From: Polyangiales bacterium
Lineage (GTDB): Bacteria > Myxococcota_A > Polyangia > Polyangiales > Polyangiaceae
NCBI GenBank assembly: GCA_038230375.1
Contig: JBBRNJ010000036.1
Coordinates: 1-64,000, forward strand
DNA: 64,000 nucleotides
Direction of reading: 5' to 3'
The translations under genes and the position numbers were made by a program. Within the stretch, counting starts at the first letter, position 1; every line of letters starts with the position of its first letter. Under the pieces are notes generated by a model. That model made no database searches. It saw only the letters and a list, made by a program, of their open reading frames with translations, and was not told the DNA's origin. Positions 1 to 9,100 of the stretch are shown here, piece after piece.

Positions 1-142
1 GCACCGCCAGGCTCGCCATCGCCCACGCCCTCATTCGCTGGCTCCCGCGATGCCCGCTATGCAGAAGAGAATGCGAACACGCTCTCACGCGGGCAGCGCC
101 GAGACGTTCCGGCAGGAACGACATCCCGCAGTAGTGTTAGTC

Positions 143-270
143 GCTCGCGATTACGACCCGGAGACGGGACGGTGGACGAGCAAGGATGGTGCGGGGCTCC
201 GTGGGGGGACTGAACCTCTACGCCTATGCTGCGAACGACCCCATCAACCTGGTCGATCGCACGGGTCACA
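143..270 (+). pseudogene. Rhs repeat-associated core remnant (frameshifted)
   Basis: ARDYDPETGRWTSKD..GG in one frame continues as GLNLYAYAANDPINLVDRTG in another. This is the classic Rhs core C-terminal signature, with the shift in a G run near 203-208. Confidence 0.8.
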
Positions 271-391
271 ATCCCGCTGCTGCTGCCGTCGTTGTCACGA
301 ACGCCGCGCATCTCCGTGCTCGAGCGCTCACGAGAAACGAACGACAGAGAGCGAGTGGCTCTCGGAAGACAAACGGCCTATGATTTACAGC

Positions 392-631
392 ATGAACGCG
401 CGCACGAAGAAACTGCTCGAAGAGGTGCTCGAGCTTTCCCCCTCGGAGCGTGCGCTCTTTGTCGTCGAGCTCGACGCGAGCCTCGGCGACGACGACTCAC
501 CGGAGCAGATCGCGAAAGCGTGGGATGAGGAGATCGGACGTCGGATCGATGGTGTCGTGTCGGGGCGCGTGCCAACGCGCGACATGCGCGAGGCCATGGC
601 GGAGCTGCGCGCCCGATACGCGCGCCGATGA
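392..631 (+). CDS. Addiction-module antitoxin (TIGR02574-like)
   Basis: 79 aa, LLEEVLELSPSERALFVVEL..SL...AWDEEIGRRI; ATGA overlap with the downstream ParE-like gene. Confidence 0.8.
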   Translation: MNARTKKLLEEVLELSPSERALFVVELDASLGDDDSPEQIAKAWDEEIGRRIDGVVSGRVPTRDMREAMAELRARYARR

Positions 632-990
632 CGGCGAAGTCCTGGCGCATCGAGCCCGACGCCCTGCGGGAAGCCGACGCCGCGGCGGCGCACTACGAGT
701 CCGAGCGCGCGGGGCTCGGCGACGACTTCACGGCGGCCATCGACGCGACGTACCTGCGACTCGAGCAGACGCCGCATGTCGGCAGCGTTGAACGATACGG
801 CACGCTCCCGCTCCGACGGGCGATGGTCGAAGGCTTCTCCCACTTCACCGCGCTCTTCGAATTGGGACGATGTCTCGTGCTCGTCGGTCGCGGACAAGAT
901 GCCATCGGCGTGCTTGAGCAGGCAAAGAGATGTTGCGGAGCGCGTCTGGAGGAACGGAGCATCGCTGGATGGTTAACATCGCGGAGTTGA
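628..990 (+). pseudogene. RelE/ParE-family toxin, C-terminus probably replaced (chimeric)
   Basis: N-terminus ALREADAAAAHYESERAGLGDDFTAAID..RLEQTP..RRAMVEGF is ParE-like. The expected FPY..VY and AH..R motifs are absent and a TPR-like helix pair follows instead. Confidence 0.65.
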
Positions 991-1012
991 TCGAGAAGGC
1001 TCGAGCACAGGG

Positions 1013-1300
1013 CTAGTACCGCGGCACAGGGGTTTCGATCGATTGGGGGCGTAGCCGTGGGATTTCTTCCTCGGGAACGCAAACGGTAATACTTCGAGGC
1101 TGACGGGGGACGCGGCGAATCAGGCCGCGTCGCTCGAGCTCGATGACCATTCGATGCGCGGTTGGCGGCGTCACGCTGAAGAAGGCTTGGATGTCCGCCT
1201 CTGCCGGCGACCGACGGTTCACCAGGCAGTAGTAGTAGATGAAGGCCAAGTACTGGCCCTGCGTCTCGGTGAACCGTGAGGCTGAGGAATCGATCGACAT
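1013..1300 (-). CDS. Small winged-helix regulator (LexA N-terminal/MarR-like), IS630-associated
   Basis: FTETQGQYLAFIYYY..NRRSPAEADIQAFFSVTPPTAHRMVIELERRGLI.R.P.QPRSI. Confidence 0.75.
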   Translation of the reverse strand: MSIDSSASRFTETQGQYLAFIYYYCLVNRRSPAEADIQAFFSVTPPTAHRMVIELERRGLIRRVPRQPRSITVCVPEEEIPRLRPQSIETPVPRY

Positions 1301-1639
1301 TCGTGCGGTCGCATGATCGATGGTCCGAAGGAGACCACCATGAACATACGGTACCGCATCACGCTGACGGTCGAGGAACGCGACGAGCTTCGGAGCTTCG
1401 TTCTGGCCGGAAAGGGAGCGTTTCGGAGGCTCAAGCGTGCGCAGATCCTGCTCGCGTCGGAGGCCGGAGCGCTCGACAACACGATCGCGAAGAACATCTC
1501 GGTGGGTACGTCGACGGTCTACCGAACGAAGCGTCGGTTCGTCGAAGAAGGGCTCGAGGCCGCTTCAACAACGCCGTCGTCACGCGCGTTATCGTGGGCA
1601 CTCTTCCCTGAGTTGATTTTTCAGCGCTTTGATTCGTGA
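1014..1639 (+). mobile_element. Truncated IS630-family element (putative left end, HTH passenger gene and transposase N-terminal fragment 1340..1639)
   Basis: MNIRYRITLTVEERDEL...KRAQILLASEAG..IAKNISVGTSTVYRTKRRFVEEGLEAA is an IS630 HTH N-terminus, with AAGGAG RBS. No DDE domain follows. TAGTACCGCGGCACAG at 1014 looks like an IS630 terminus. Confidence 0.75.
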
Positions 1640-1722
1640 GGTCCAGAGCGCACAGCTGTGGCCATGCGTGGCCACGGCCGGCGCCGCGCATGGCCACAGT
1701 GGCGGCGGGCCCAACTCCCTGT

Positions 1723-2538
1723 CTACACCCAGGCGTTGTTCAGGATCTCTCCGACGCCGCCGGCTCCCGGGACGATGTACTGGTGCTCGTCGAGCCCCTT
1801 CTCCTCCTCCCACCGGGTGCCCGGCACGGTCGCCAACACGTCCGGCTTCGACAGCCCACGGTCCAGGCGCCACGCGTAGATGATCACGTCCGGATGCTCC
1901 TTCTGCACGTTGCGGATGAACTCCGGCGTGACGATGAGGTGCATCGTGATGAACGCGCGCGGCTTGCCTTCGAGCTTGGTCTTGTAGTGCGTGATGGCGC
2001 TGTTGATCGACGAGCCCGTCGCGCCCATCGGATCGGGCAAGAGGATGATGCGCTCTTCGACGTCGCGGCCGATCTTCGCGTCGTGCCACGTGGCGCCGAT
2101 GACCTTGCCCTCCGCGTCCGTCGAGCGCGACATGAAGAGGTGGTCCTGACGCGCGAGCGCCGGATCGATCACCTCGTTCAGGAGGTCGTAGACGATCTGC
2201 GATGGCATCGTGCCCGCGCGGGCGATGCCGACCGTGACGACCTGCGTGTCGCGCGCGACCGCGAGCCCGCGATACACGGCCTCCGGCGATTTCACCGCCA
2301 TGCGCGTGGGCACGGAGATCTTCGTGCGCGGGAACTCCGCAGCGAGCACGATCTGCGCGAGCTTCTCGTACAGCGCCCGCACGAGCCGCCCGACATGCGG
2401 CTGCCCGGTCTCCCGCGCACAGAGCGTCGCAAGCAACGACCACGCGAGCGGATCATCGAGCAGGTGGACGTTCGGCCCATAGAGATGAGGAATCTCGGGT
2501 CCACGAAATCGGCTCTGCGTGTAAGCGGTCTCGACCAT
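1723..2538 (-). CDS. upp: Uracil phosphoribosyltransferase
   Basis: IARAG, PRPP motif LPDPMGATGSS, C-terminal YIVPGAGGVGE. Confidence 0.85.
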   Translation of the reverse strand: MVETAYTQSRFRGPEIPHLYGPNVHLLDDPLAWSLLATLCARETGQPHVGRLVRALYEKLAQIVLAAEFPRTKISVPTRMAVKSPEAVYRGLAVARDTQVVTVGIARAGTMPSQIVYDLLNEVIDPALARQDHLFMSRSTDAEGKVIGATWHDAKIGRDVEERIILLPDPMGATGSSINSAITHYKTKLEGKPRAFITMHLIVTPEFIRNVQKEHPDVIIYAWRLDRGLSKPDVLATVPGTRWEEEKGLDEHQYIVPGAGGVGEILNNAWV

Positions 2539-2589
2539 GCGCCCCCCTTACCCTGGGGAGATTTCGACCTCAACCCACGACCAGAACTT

Positions 2590-3210
2590 CTACGTCCAGT
2601 GACCCGCGCGCAAGGCCGCTGCGTCGATCACTTTGACCTTCGGGCCCAGGGCTTCGCGGAAGCTGTCCTCGTCCTCGTCGTCCATGATCGCGTCGCCGAA
2701 GCCCGCGGCGATCTCCATGGCTGTTGCCAGGATGCGTAGGAACTGCGCGAACGACGACGCGGCGAGCGTGGGCTGCCACTTGTCCTGGCCGCTCATCGCC
2801 GTGTAGACGGGGCAATCGCCCTCGGGGTCTGGCTTTGACACGTCCAGGAAGTAGGGATCGCCGAGCAGCGAGCTCTCCCCGATGACGACCCACGATGCCT
2901 TCCAGTCGCCGGCGCCGGTGTTGGGACCGGGGGTCGGTTGACTCTTCGCGATCTCGTCCGCGGGGAAGAGGCGCACGCGCTCGACCGGGGTGACGGTCTC
3001 CACGCGCTCGGGATTGGCGGACAGAAGGAAGCTCCGAAAACGGGACGGAATGCGGAGCTGCTTCTTCAGCGCCTCCACCACTTCTGGTTTGACCTTGCCG
3101 AACGCGCACTCGAGTTTCCTGCGCGCGAATACCTGTTTGATACCGTCTACCGCGTCCGCGAGATCACTATCCACGTTCGCCTCGTACGCCCGCCCTGCGA
3201 GCGATGCCAA
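2590..3210 (-). CDS. SMI1/KNR4 (SUKH) family protein
   Basis: VEALKKQLRIPSRFRSFL ... VVIGES..GDPYFLD..CPVY ... LAASSFAQFL. Confidence 0.7.
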   Translation of the reverse strand: MASLAGRAYEANVDSDLADAVDGIKQVFARRKLECAFGKVKPEVVEALKKQLRIPSRFRSFLLSANPERVETVTPVERVRLFPADEIAKSQPTPGPNTGAGDWKASWVVIGESSLLGDPYFLDVSKPDPEGDCPVYTAMSGQDKWQPTLAASSFAQFLRILATAMEIAAGFGDAIMDDEDEDSFREALGPKVKVIDAAALRAGHWT

Positions 3211-3363
3211 GCCGCCCCGGAGTGTCGGCGACTGCCGACGGGGCGCAAGCGTCTTCCTCGATGCCGCAGCGCGGCGGGGTGCCCCGCTCCGACGAGTTCG
3301 GGCAACCTAGCAAAAAAGGCGCCGTTGCGGGCACGCCAAATGCGCGCTGGCTCGCGGATGGCC

Positions 3364-4503
3364 TCACCGCCCGTCATTCGGTGGGCTGCCTGGCACGGCC
3401 GGCGTCGATGGTGTCGGCGGCGGCGCGAGGCCCTCCACATGGCCCTTCACGGGGCGTGGCGACGCCGGCACCCGGCAGATCACATGCACCGCCGCCTGGG
3501 TGGTGGTCGCCGTTCCGCCCAGGGACCTGAAGGCCTCCGCGTAGGGCTCCAGGCCTTTTTCCAGGCGCTGCGTGCCCTCCGCCGCGTCGTCCGAGTGCGC
3601 GGTGAGGCTGGCCTGGCTGACGTCGTTCGAGGGGATGTCGAGCTGCAGACTGATCTGGCGTCCCGCGCCGCGGGGCTCGAAGATCTTCACGCCGAGCACA
3701 TCCAGTGGCTCACACACCCAGCGTGACCCGGCCCCGCCCTCTCTTCCGGCGGTGAGCCGCAGCCAGCGCGCAGGGTCCACGAAGCCATTCGCCGTCATGA
3801 ACGACGTGCACGTGTGTCCGCCGTCCGCGGCCCCCGCCTGCCGCTCGGGCAAGGAGCCGGGAGGGCACGAGGGCTCTCTCCTGCACAGGTCTGACGGGCC
3901 GGCGTCGTTCGGGATCACCAACGGTTTACTCTGAAGAAGGCTCGGCCCTGCGTCGGAAGCGCCTGCATCGAGCCGTGCGATCTCGCTTGTTTCCTCGAAC
4001 GAAAACAGCCCGCGTGCGCACGCATAGCGTGGCAGACATCGCGCGCGGCCACGCGATACGAGGAGTACCGCATCGGGCGGACACTGAATTCGTTCGTCCG
4101 GCATGGGCGGCAATCCGCCGTTCGCCTCGCTCGGCTTCACCGTGGACCACGCGACGCAGCCGGGAACCACGTCGTCGAAGACCTGGTCCTCGCCACACGT
4201 CTTTGCCGTGCAGACTCCGTCGGAGAGAGCCTCTGCTCTCCCGCAAGCGCGCGCTGCAAGTGAAGTCGCGACGCACGCGCCCAGCCATGGGGTTGCATCC
4301 GCGCTGCACGCGCAGCTCGCTCCTGTCTTCGTGCTCCACGCGGGGCATGCAGTGCCGCAGCTCGCCGCGGGGCTCTCGCCGGCTGCCGGCTGCGGACACG
4401 CCGGCCGCGGGCCGCACGCGAGCGCGCACCCCAGACAGAAGATCGCGATGCCGGTGAGCGCACGTCGCGCCTCTCGCGTCCGCATGCGGAGCGGGGATCT
4501 CAT
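3364..4503 (-). CDS. Cys-rich hypothetical lipoprotein
   Basis: Hydrophobic N-terminus with lipobox ALAC; many Cys. Confidence 0.6.
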   Translation of the reverse strand: MRSPLRMRTREARRALTGIAIFCLGCALACGPRPACPQPAAGESPAASCGTACPAWSTKTGASCACSADATPWLGACVATSLAARACGRAEALSDGVCTAKTCGEDQVFDDVVPGCVAWSTVKPSEANGGLPPMPDERIQCPPDAVLLVSRGRARCLPRYACARGLFSFEETSEIARLDAGASDAGPSLLQSKPLVIPNDAGPSDLCRREPSCPPGSLPERQAGAADGGHTCTSFMTANGFVDPARWLRLTAGREGGAGSRWVCEPLDVLGVKIFEPRGAGRQISLQLDIPSNDVSQASLTAHSDDAAEGTQRLEKGLEPYAEAFRSLGGTATTTQAAVHVICRVPASPRPVKGHVEGLAPPPTPSTPAVPGSPPNDGR

Positions 4504-4623
4504 GGCGTGGCGAGCTTAGCTCTTTTTGCGTGCGGGCCCGGAAAATCGCGCTAGAGCCAGGCTCCCGGTCCCGCAAGAAGCCACACCCAGATGTGCCGTT
4601 CGCCCCGGGAAAAACCCAGCAGA

Positions 4624-5943
4624 ATGCTTCGCCGCTTCACCGAGGACACCCCCGAGTTCGCCCGTACGCTCTCTGCGCTCGCGGACCGTGGTGAAGAGGA
4701 CTTCTCCCGTGTCGAGCCGGTCGTGCGCGAGGTCATCGCCGCGGTGCGCGCGCGTGGCGACGCTGCGGTGCTGGAGTTCACGGAGAAGTGGGATCACCGG
4801 CGCCCCAAGGCGCTCCTCACACGTGACTACGGCGGCGAGGCGGCGCTCTCCCGCTTGCCGCCCGAAGCACGACGCGCGCTCTCGTTCGCCGCGGCGCGCA
4901 TCGCGAAATTCCACGAGCGCGAGAAGGACGCAGGCTTCTCCTACGAAGACGAGAGCGGCGTTCGCCTTGGTCTGCGCGTCTCACCGGTGGCGCGGGCGGG
5001 CGTGTATGCGCCCGGCGGAAAGGCACGCTATCCGTCCAGCGTGCTGATGAGCGCGATCCCCGCGCGCGTGGCCGGTGTTCCAGAGATCGTGCTCGCCACG
5101 CCCCTTGCCGGTGACGCCTCTGATGACGTGATCTTCGCGGCGGCGCACCTGTCGGGCGTCACGGCGATCGCCGATGTCGGGGGCGCGCAGGCGATCGCCG
5201 CGCTGGCCTATGGAACCGAGTCGATTCCTCGCTGCGACAAGATCGTCGGCCCTGGCAATGCTTACGTTGCGTGCGCGAAGCGGCTGGTCTTCGGCGCGTG
5301 CTCCATCGACTCGATCGCGGGCCCGAGCGAGATCCTCGTGGTCGCCGACGCCTCCGCCGATGCGCGCGTGATCGCGGCGGACCTGCTGAGCCAGGCGGAG
5401 CACGACGAGGCGGCCTATCCGCTCCTCGTCTGCACGGACGCGGCGCTGGTCTCCGCGGTCCTTCACGCGCTCGAGGAGCAGCTCACCACGCTCCCCAGGG
5501 CCGCGATCGCCCGCGCCGCGCTCGAGAAGAACGGGTACGCGTTCGTCGTGTCCTCCCGCGCCTCGCTTGCCCGGGTCGCGGATGCGCTCGCGGTCGAGCA
5601 CGTGGCCTTCCATGTGGAGGACGCGGAGGGACTCTTCGCGGAGGTGCGCTCGTGTGGGGCGGCCTTCCTGGGCCACTTGACGCCAGAGGCCGCGGGCGAC
5701 TATCTCGCCGGTCCCTCGCACGTGCTTCCCACGGGAGGAGCGGTCCGCTTCGGCGCGCCGCTTGGCGTCTACGATTTCGTTCGAAAGAGCTCCCTTTTGC
5801 GCTACACACCGTCGGCCCTTGGGGAGCACGCATGGGCGATCACCACACTGGCGCGGCTCGAGGGTCTCGAGGCACACGCCAGGGCAGTGGAGATCAGGGG
5901 TGGCACGGCCGGGAATAACTCCGGAGCCGTGCGGAAACCGTGA
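4624..5943 (+). CDS. hisD: Histidinol dehydrogenase
   Basis: GVYAPGGKA.YPSSVLM, KIVGPGNAYV, IDSIAGPSE, DLLSQAEHD, GDYLAGPSHVLPTGG. Confidence 0.97.
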   Translation: MLRRFTEDTPEFARTLSALADRGEEDFSRVEPVVREVIAAVRARGDAAVLEFTEKWDHRRPKALLTRDYGGEAALSRLPPEARRALSFAAARIAKFHEREKDAGFSYEDESGVRLGLRVSPVARAGVYAPGGKARYPSSVLMSAIPARVAGVPEIVLATPLAGDASDDVIFAAAHLSGVTAIADVGGAQAIAALAYGTESIPRCDKIVGPGNAYVACAKRLVFGACSIDSIAGPSEILVVADASADARVIAADLLSQAEHDEAAYPLLVCTDAALVSAVLHALEEQLTTLPRAAIARAALEKNGYAFVVSSRASLARVADALAVEHVAFHVEDAEGLFAEVRSCGAAFLGHLTPEAAGDYLAGPSHVLPTGGAVRFGAPLGVYDFVRKSSLLRYTPSALGEHAWAITTLARLEGLEAHARAVEIRGGTAGNNSGAVRKP

Positions 5944-6030
5944 GTCAGCCGACTAACGGTGCCCGGTTTCGGCCGGATGGGTGCCCCGTCCAAAGTTCTC
6001 AAGTGTTTGAAATTCTGAAGTTTGCGTGAC

Positions 6031-6046
6031 TGGTTCTCAATTTGCA
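6031..6046 (+). promoter_or_regulatory. Putative sigma54 -24/-12 promoter
   Basis: TGGTTCTCAATTTGCA fits GG-N10-GC. It lies in an AT-rich intergenic region about 65 bp upstream of AGGAGG and the ATG at 6110. Confidence 0.6.
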
Positions 6047-6109
6047 TAAAGGCGCAAGTCGCCATGCGGTCACTCTGTCCGCAGCTGAACGTTAGTGAAG
6101 GAGGTCGGG

Positions 6110-9100
6110 ATGCGATCGATGTGGATTAGGCGGTTGGGACTTACCGTCATGACGGGGGTGCTCGCGTACGCCTCCAGCGGTTGCGCTGAAGAGCGCGACC
6201 CGATCAACCGCGTTCAGCCGAACGCACTGCCGAAAAGCTTCTTCGTCGGAGCGAATCTTCAAGATTCGGCTGACGATCCGGAGTTCTACATGCGGAACAC
6301 CGTCGTGGACGTGCCTTACGGCGCGGGCCAGGATGGTCTGTTCACCGCGTCGTACGCTCAGCCGGTCAACCGCATCAAGTGGGAGATCAACGAGACCTTC
6401 CTGGTTGCACGCCAGACCTACGAGCGCTTCCAGAACTCCGACGGTGCGGGCTCGCGCGTGACGAACAACGGCCAGGTGGTCGCGATGTTCAAGATCACGT
6501 CGCAGTTCGACATCAAGCGCGACTACAACGCGCAGACCGGCGAAGAGAACAACATCATCAACGAGAACGCGAATGACCGCCCCTGGCAGGAGCGTCAGTA
6601 CCTTCGCGTTGATTGGTCCCAGAACCTGGTGACCGACGGCTATGAGGTCGACTCGCTCTCGCAGATCGGTCTCTACGGCGGCATCAAGTTCGACCCGCTC
6701 AGCTACTACGTCTCGGATCCGCAGGATCCGAACGCGCCCGTCTTCGAGAAGGAGGCCGGGTACTTCGACATCACGTCGAAGGCGTTCGCGACCCCCCAAG
6801 TCCTCGACACCCCCTGGGGCGCTTTCCCCGCGTGCTTCTTCTTCGGGCAGCACCCGGTGACGAACTGCGATCCCACCGAGCTCACGCTTCGTCTGTCCTT
6901 CCGCAAGGTCACGGACAACGACTTCGAGCCCTCCGAGTGGGACGGCAACAAGATGGACGCCTTCGGCTGGTTCTACCAGGACCGCTACGGCTACGAGCGC
7001 AACTACGGCGTCACGGATCAGCAGTGGCACCACCTCGCGGCCAAGTACAACATCTGGAACCGCAGCCACATCTCGAGCGGCGACCCCTCGAACGCCAAGC
7101 CGGCGGAAGAGAACGAGCTGTTCGCACAGTGCGGCGTCGACGTCTGGCGCGACAACACCGGCAAGCCGATGACGTTCAAGGTCAACAGCGGCGGTGAGTT
7201 CGTCACCGACGGCAAGACGGGCCTCCCCATCAAGGATCCGGCAGGCAAGCCCTTCTCCAAGGCAAGCGACGCAGCCATCGGCTCCGACGCGAACGCCGAC
7301 GCAGACGGCAACAAGACCGCTGACCAGTGCGAGTTCAAAGACGCAGCGGGTGGCCTCCTGCACCAGGGCTCGCGCTGCGACACCCTGTCGCACCGTTGCA
7401 CGCTGCCGCTCCACGAGCGCACCATCAAGAGCATCCCCTGGTACTACGCGCCGGGCTCAGCGCCCGATCTCTTCGCGTCCACGGCTCGCGCCCTGAACCA
7501 GTGGAACGTGTCCGTGAAGCGCGCTGCGCTCATCGGACAGGTCGTCGAAGGCACGCGCGTCAGTGCGCCGCCGTCATTCGCCATCGAAGCGGACCTCTCC
7601 GAGGCTGCCCTTGGTGCGGATCACGACGACGCGATGAAGCAGTCTGCCGACACCGGCAAGTACGTCGCGCCGAAGTACACGGACGTGTTCGTCCTCTGCC
7701 ACAGCCCGGTTGACCCCACGGACAACCCCGTCTGCGGCAAGTCTGACACGGTCGCTCGCATCGGCGACCTTCGCTACAACTCCGTCAACATCCTCACCAA
7801 CCCGCAGACGCCGTCCCCCTGGGGCATCATGGTCGACGCGGACGATCCGATCACGGGTGAGAAGGTCATCACGAGCGTCAACGAGTGGGGCCACGTCCTC
7901 GACATCGCGTCGCAGGGCACCGAGGACCTCCTTCGCTGGATCAACGGCGAGATCTCGGACACGGACATCACGTCGGGCGGCTACATGCTCGACTGGATGA
8001 AGGCGACCAAGGGCGGCGCTTCGCAGCACCAGCCGGCGACGCTGTCCTCCAACGAGATCAAGGCGCGCATCCAGTCGATCCAGGACCCCAAGGTCCTCTC
8101 CACTGGCCAGCTGAACGTCGCCGCGATGACCTCGCAGCAGTTCCAGCAGTCCCTGAACGGTCAGATGAAGACCGCGCAGCAGCAGCTCGGCCCGTCCCTC
8201 GACAACACGTTCGAAGGCAACCGTCAGGCGCTCATCGGCTCGAAGTTCGAGACGATGCTCGCCACGCCGGAGATGGTCCAGGCCGCCGGGTTCGACCCGT
8301 CGACCCCCACCGCCGGGAACGACACCGTCCTCGCACGCTCCTCGACCCTCCGCGGCATGAACCCGGAGATGAACCGCTGGATGCGTCGTCTGAAGAACGC
8401 CGCGGCGAAGAAGACGAACCTCTGCAACGTGGAGCAGCCGGAGCCCGACTCACTCGTCGGTATGGCGCGCCTCGCTCAGAAGCTCTACCCGGTGCCGGAC
8501 AAGAAGTCGGCGGCAGCTTGCCAGTACGACACCACCATCAAGCAGTCTGACTACGCCGCGTGCAAGTTCAAGCGCGACGCGTCCCTGCACCAGTGGATCC
8601 GTGAGCAGTTCCACATCTCGGTCATCCTGCACGAGATGGGTCACTCCATGGGCCTGCGCCACAACTTCACGGGCACGTGGGACTCGCTCAACTACCACAC
8701 CCAGTACTGGCAGCTCCGCACGCGCAACGGCGCGGAGAAGGCTTGCCAGACGGTCGACGTCGACAACGGCCAGGACCGCAACGGCGACGGCAAGCACGAC
8801 GTCTACGACGCGTACCCGTATGTCTCGCACCAGAACGGTGCTGACTGCGCGGGCCCGCGCTGGGCCGACCCCGTCACGGAGCAGGAGACCAACGGTCTCA
8901 TCTGGAAGTGGGGCAGCTCCACGGTCATGGATTACCCGGGCGACCAGACCCAGGACATGAACGACCTCGGCAAGTACGACAAAGCGGCGATGCGCTTCGG
9001 CTACGCCAACGTCGTCGACGTCGACTCACGCCCCAGCGCGCTGCAGAAGAGCAACCAGGGCCTGTTCAACCTCGGCCGTCTCGACGGCTTCGGTGGCATC

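Noticed and set aside
50..391. N-terminal extension of the 193-aa ORF as a real Rhs-antitoxin fusion
   Set aside because: The Rhs motif leaves this frame after ~22 codons; the antitoxin has its own ATG at 392
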